From positions 178,832,057 to 178,896,056 of the forward strand of contig NC_092374.1 in NCBI RefSeq assembly GCF_030028105.1: a DNA stretch of 64,000 nucleotides, written 5' to 3'. The notes under the pieces were generated by a model. The model was not told the DNA's origin. It saw nothing but the letters and a program-made list of their open reading frames with translations, and did no database searches. Shown one piece after another: positions 61,783 through 64,000 of this stretch. Position 1 is the first letter of the stretch. Every line of letters starts with the position of its first letter. This stretch comes from Mobula birostris. Its lineage: Eukaryota. The translations under genes were made by a program, and so were the position numbers.

Positions 61783-62061
61783 GTGTAAGTTCACCACAGG
61801 TCAACGTCTACACCTACAAACCCATCGTGACAGGTGAAAAGAACGTTCTCCTTTGCCATGCCAAGGAATTCAGCCCACCCAACATCAAGCTGGAATTGCT
61901 GCAGGATGGTGCTGCGATACAAAACACCAAACAATCTGACATCAGCTTTGAACCAAACTGGAAATTCAAATTGACCACTTATGTTGAGATCTTCCCCAAG
62001 GAAGGAGCGCAGTATGCCTGCAGGGTGCTGCACAATGGCGATACTAAAATTGTTAAACTTG
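61783..62061 (+). CDS. B2M: Beta-2-microglobulin exon 2 (Ig C1 domain)
   Basis: CTGCAG acceptor at 61782 and GTGAGT donor at 62062; 279 nt, phase 1-1. VSSPQVNVYTYKP..NVLLCHAKEFSPPNIKLELL..QSDISFEPNWKFKLT..YACRVLH..KIVKL carries both Cys residues and the SDxSF and W motifs of B2M. Confidence 0.96.
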
Positions 62062-62094
62062 GTGAGTAAAACATGTGATCCTCATCAATCATAT

Positions 62095-62902
62095 GACAAT
62101 GGATCCCCGTTACTTGGGAGACTTTGGGACCAGTACATTCTAGCCCAATTAAGCTATTGCCCCAATTAGCTGAAGTTTCATGGAAATATTTAATAAGATA
62201 TTTAAAAAAGTCAAACTACCATTTAACTGAGTAACAAATTATGTATTTAAATGAAATATAGAACAAATTAGAACACTACCAAAACTACTATAAAACTCTG
62301 TATTAGTTCCTAATAGTTATTGTGAATCTTAGTGTACGGCACATGTTCTCTTGATTGACTGTACATGAACAAAATTAGTGCAGACAGTTCGTGTAGATAA
62401 TGGATGCCTTCAGACAATGTTTTCGAGGATGCCATCCTCCAAATCATCATTGTCATTGTAACATTCAAAATGATTGTCAATACCTTCAAATTCTTAGTAG
62501 TTTCTAACTTGTTAAAGTAGTGAAATCATTTCATTTTCACTCCTAGCGATTTCTGGTGTCTTCAAGCCTGAATGCTTGAAACTGCAGTCATTCGTTCCCC
62601 TCCCCCCCCCCACCATCCCTTCCCACCGATCTCCCTCCCGGCACTCATCCTTGTAAGCGGAACAAGTGCTACACATGCCCTTACACTTACTATTTAAAAA
62701 CTACAGTGTAGTGTCTAAAGGCAACATGACATGCATGCCACTGATGTTAGTTAGAAACTGTTCTGTAACAGTTTCCCGTCCCAATTAAGTGGCAGGGGAC
62801 TACCAGCAATTTTCTTGATTTGATTTTGTTCTTCAAAGAGTTGTCCCGAATAAGCTGCAGTCCTGAATAACCGATGGCCCCGATTAACCTGAATCCGCTA
62901 TA
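62095..62902. mobile_element. Tigger/pogo-like MITE remnant in B2M intron 2
   Basis: Diverged TIRs CAATGGATCCCCGTTACTTGGG and CCCGATTAACCTGAATCCGCTA. Confidence 0.5.
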
Positions 62903-63199
62903 AGTCTCCGATTATCTGACACACTCAGGACTTCGATGGTGTTGGACTGCCAGGTTTTCTTGACAATTGAAAGTTGTCGTATTCGCAAAGCAGTTTAGAT
63001 TCATTTTTTTTGTATGTTACATGGTATTGCAATACGTTTTCGGTGAACACAGTAAGTGCAACAGGAACTTGAGGCCCAGGGCACCTGTGAATTCTAGAGG
63101 ATCCCAAGGAACTGGGATCCTAGTAAGTTTTATGGGAGTGCAGGTAGTATCATTGATGAGATAGATAATAAACCTACTGCCTAATCTAATAAAAATAGC

Positions 63200-63690
63200 A
63201 GATTATTACAGCTGAACTGTATATAAGCATACATTCTTTACTCCAATATGCACAATTAAGCTTTAATAACAAGTTCTTCTCCACCTAATATCAAAACTTA
63301 ATTAGATTCTACCCTGGAAAATTCCCAGGTATCGTTTAATCCTTAAATAATCACCTGAATTCCTGCTTAGACCTCATTTCCAGGTACCATGTGTAGGTGT
63401 CTGGCCTAAAGTTCAGTAATGTAACGTACCTATAACTAACATATACTGACCATTTTTCTCCCCTAAAATAAAGCAAATTCAAATGAGATGTTAACAAGGC
63501 AATGTGGAGGGTGGCCAAGATACCCAAAGGAAATATTTTTTTTAATGAAGCTGTGAAAATTTTTATGATGGGAAGTGGATTTAAGGCCCCATCCACAATC
63601 CAAACCTGTGACTCTGCTCAAGACTGTATGAAATGTCAGTGTAGTTTCTGTGGTCATGTGTTTGAAATGAGCCTCAACCCTTAACCTGTG
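63200..63690 (-). mobile_element. Very old L1-like RT remnant
   Basis: Weak minus-strand similarity only: GALNPLP, RGEKWSVY, RYLGIF. Confidence 0.4.
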
Positions 63691-64000
63691 ATTTGGCTGA
63701 GTGTCTTACAATGGAGCTATGCTACTCCCTGAAATCGGGCTGTAGGATACGGTATCGATGCAACAATTTTCTCGATACAGGCCCGGAGCATGTTTTCCAA
63801 AACCTGTCTGACTTAGCCAATTGTCAGCACTCAGCAAATAGAACACTTCAACACTGGAGGTAGCCCTTCATTTCACCATGTCCATGCCAACAATCAGAAG
63901 AATCTGACTAATTTCACCTCAAACTTCAAAGTAAATTCATTATTAAAGTACAGATATGTCACTATATACAACCCTCAAATTCATTTTCTTGCAGACCTAC

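Noticed and set aside
63316-63326. kB-like GGAAAATTCCC in B2M intron 2
   Set aside because: An 11-bp variant inside an old L1-like remnant (RYLGIF codons) with no companion motifs.
62062-64000. Candidate B2M exon 3 (for example CCCAG|GTATCGTTTAA near 63330, or TTTAG|ATTC..GTAAGT near 63000-63050)
   Set aside because: Poor acceptors or implausible C-termini, and within or near repeats. The true short exon probably lies beyond the window.
1-64000. CRISPR arrays, tRNA/rRNA genes, prokaryotic operons or endogenous viral ORFs
   Set aside because: None seen. The sequence is intron-containing vertebrate DNA, tRNA-like heads belong to SINEs, and all long non-host ORFs are retrotransposon-derived.

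Overview
This is eukaryotic genomic DNA, most likely from a cartilaginous fish (shark or ray), judged from the B2M protein and the repeat families; I cannot determine the species. Two host genes are supported. The first is a 12-finger C2H2 zinc-finger gene whose coding sequence lies in one exon (4492-5664, +). The second is beta-2-microglobulin (B2M, +), with signal-peptide exon 1 at 52913-52964 and the 279-bp Ig-C1 exon 2 at 61783-62061; I did not find exon 3. From memory of published shark work, B2M plus a neighbouring ZNF gene fits the ancestral MHC-linked B2M locus. Most of the remainder is transposon-derived: CR1, Rex1/Babar, RTE, Tx1, Penelope-like, V-SINE, solo LTR, Tc1 and hAT elements, often nested. 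Most ORFs in the supplied track are TE fragments or antisense shadows. The most interesting signal is a candidate three-tier immune regulatory layout upstream of B2M: a proximal MHC-type X-Y module with mammal-like spacing (52716-52757), a CpG-rich GAS/AP-1/Sp1 element about 1.3 kb upstream that may also drive a divergent spliced transcript, and an exact NF-kB plus ISRE pair in an apparently unique island about 15 kb upstream (37654-37724). Penelope-derived repeats carry minimal hammerhead ribozyme motifs, one with an intact core inside B2M intron 1. All motif calls are by eye and repeat boundaries are approximate unless TSDs or TIRs are quoted.
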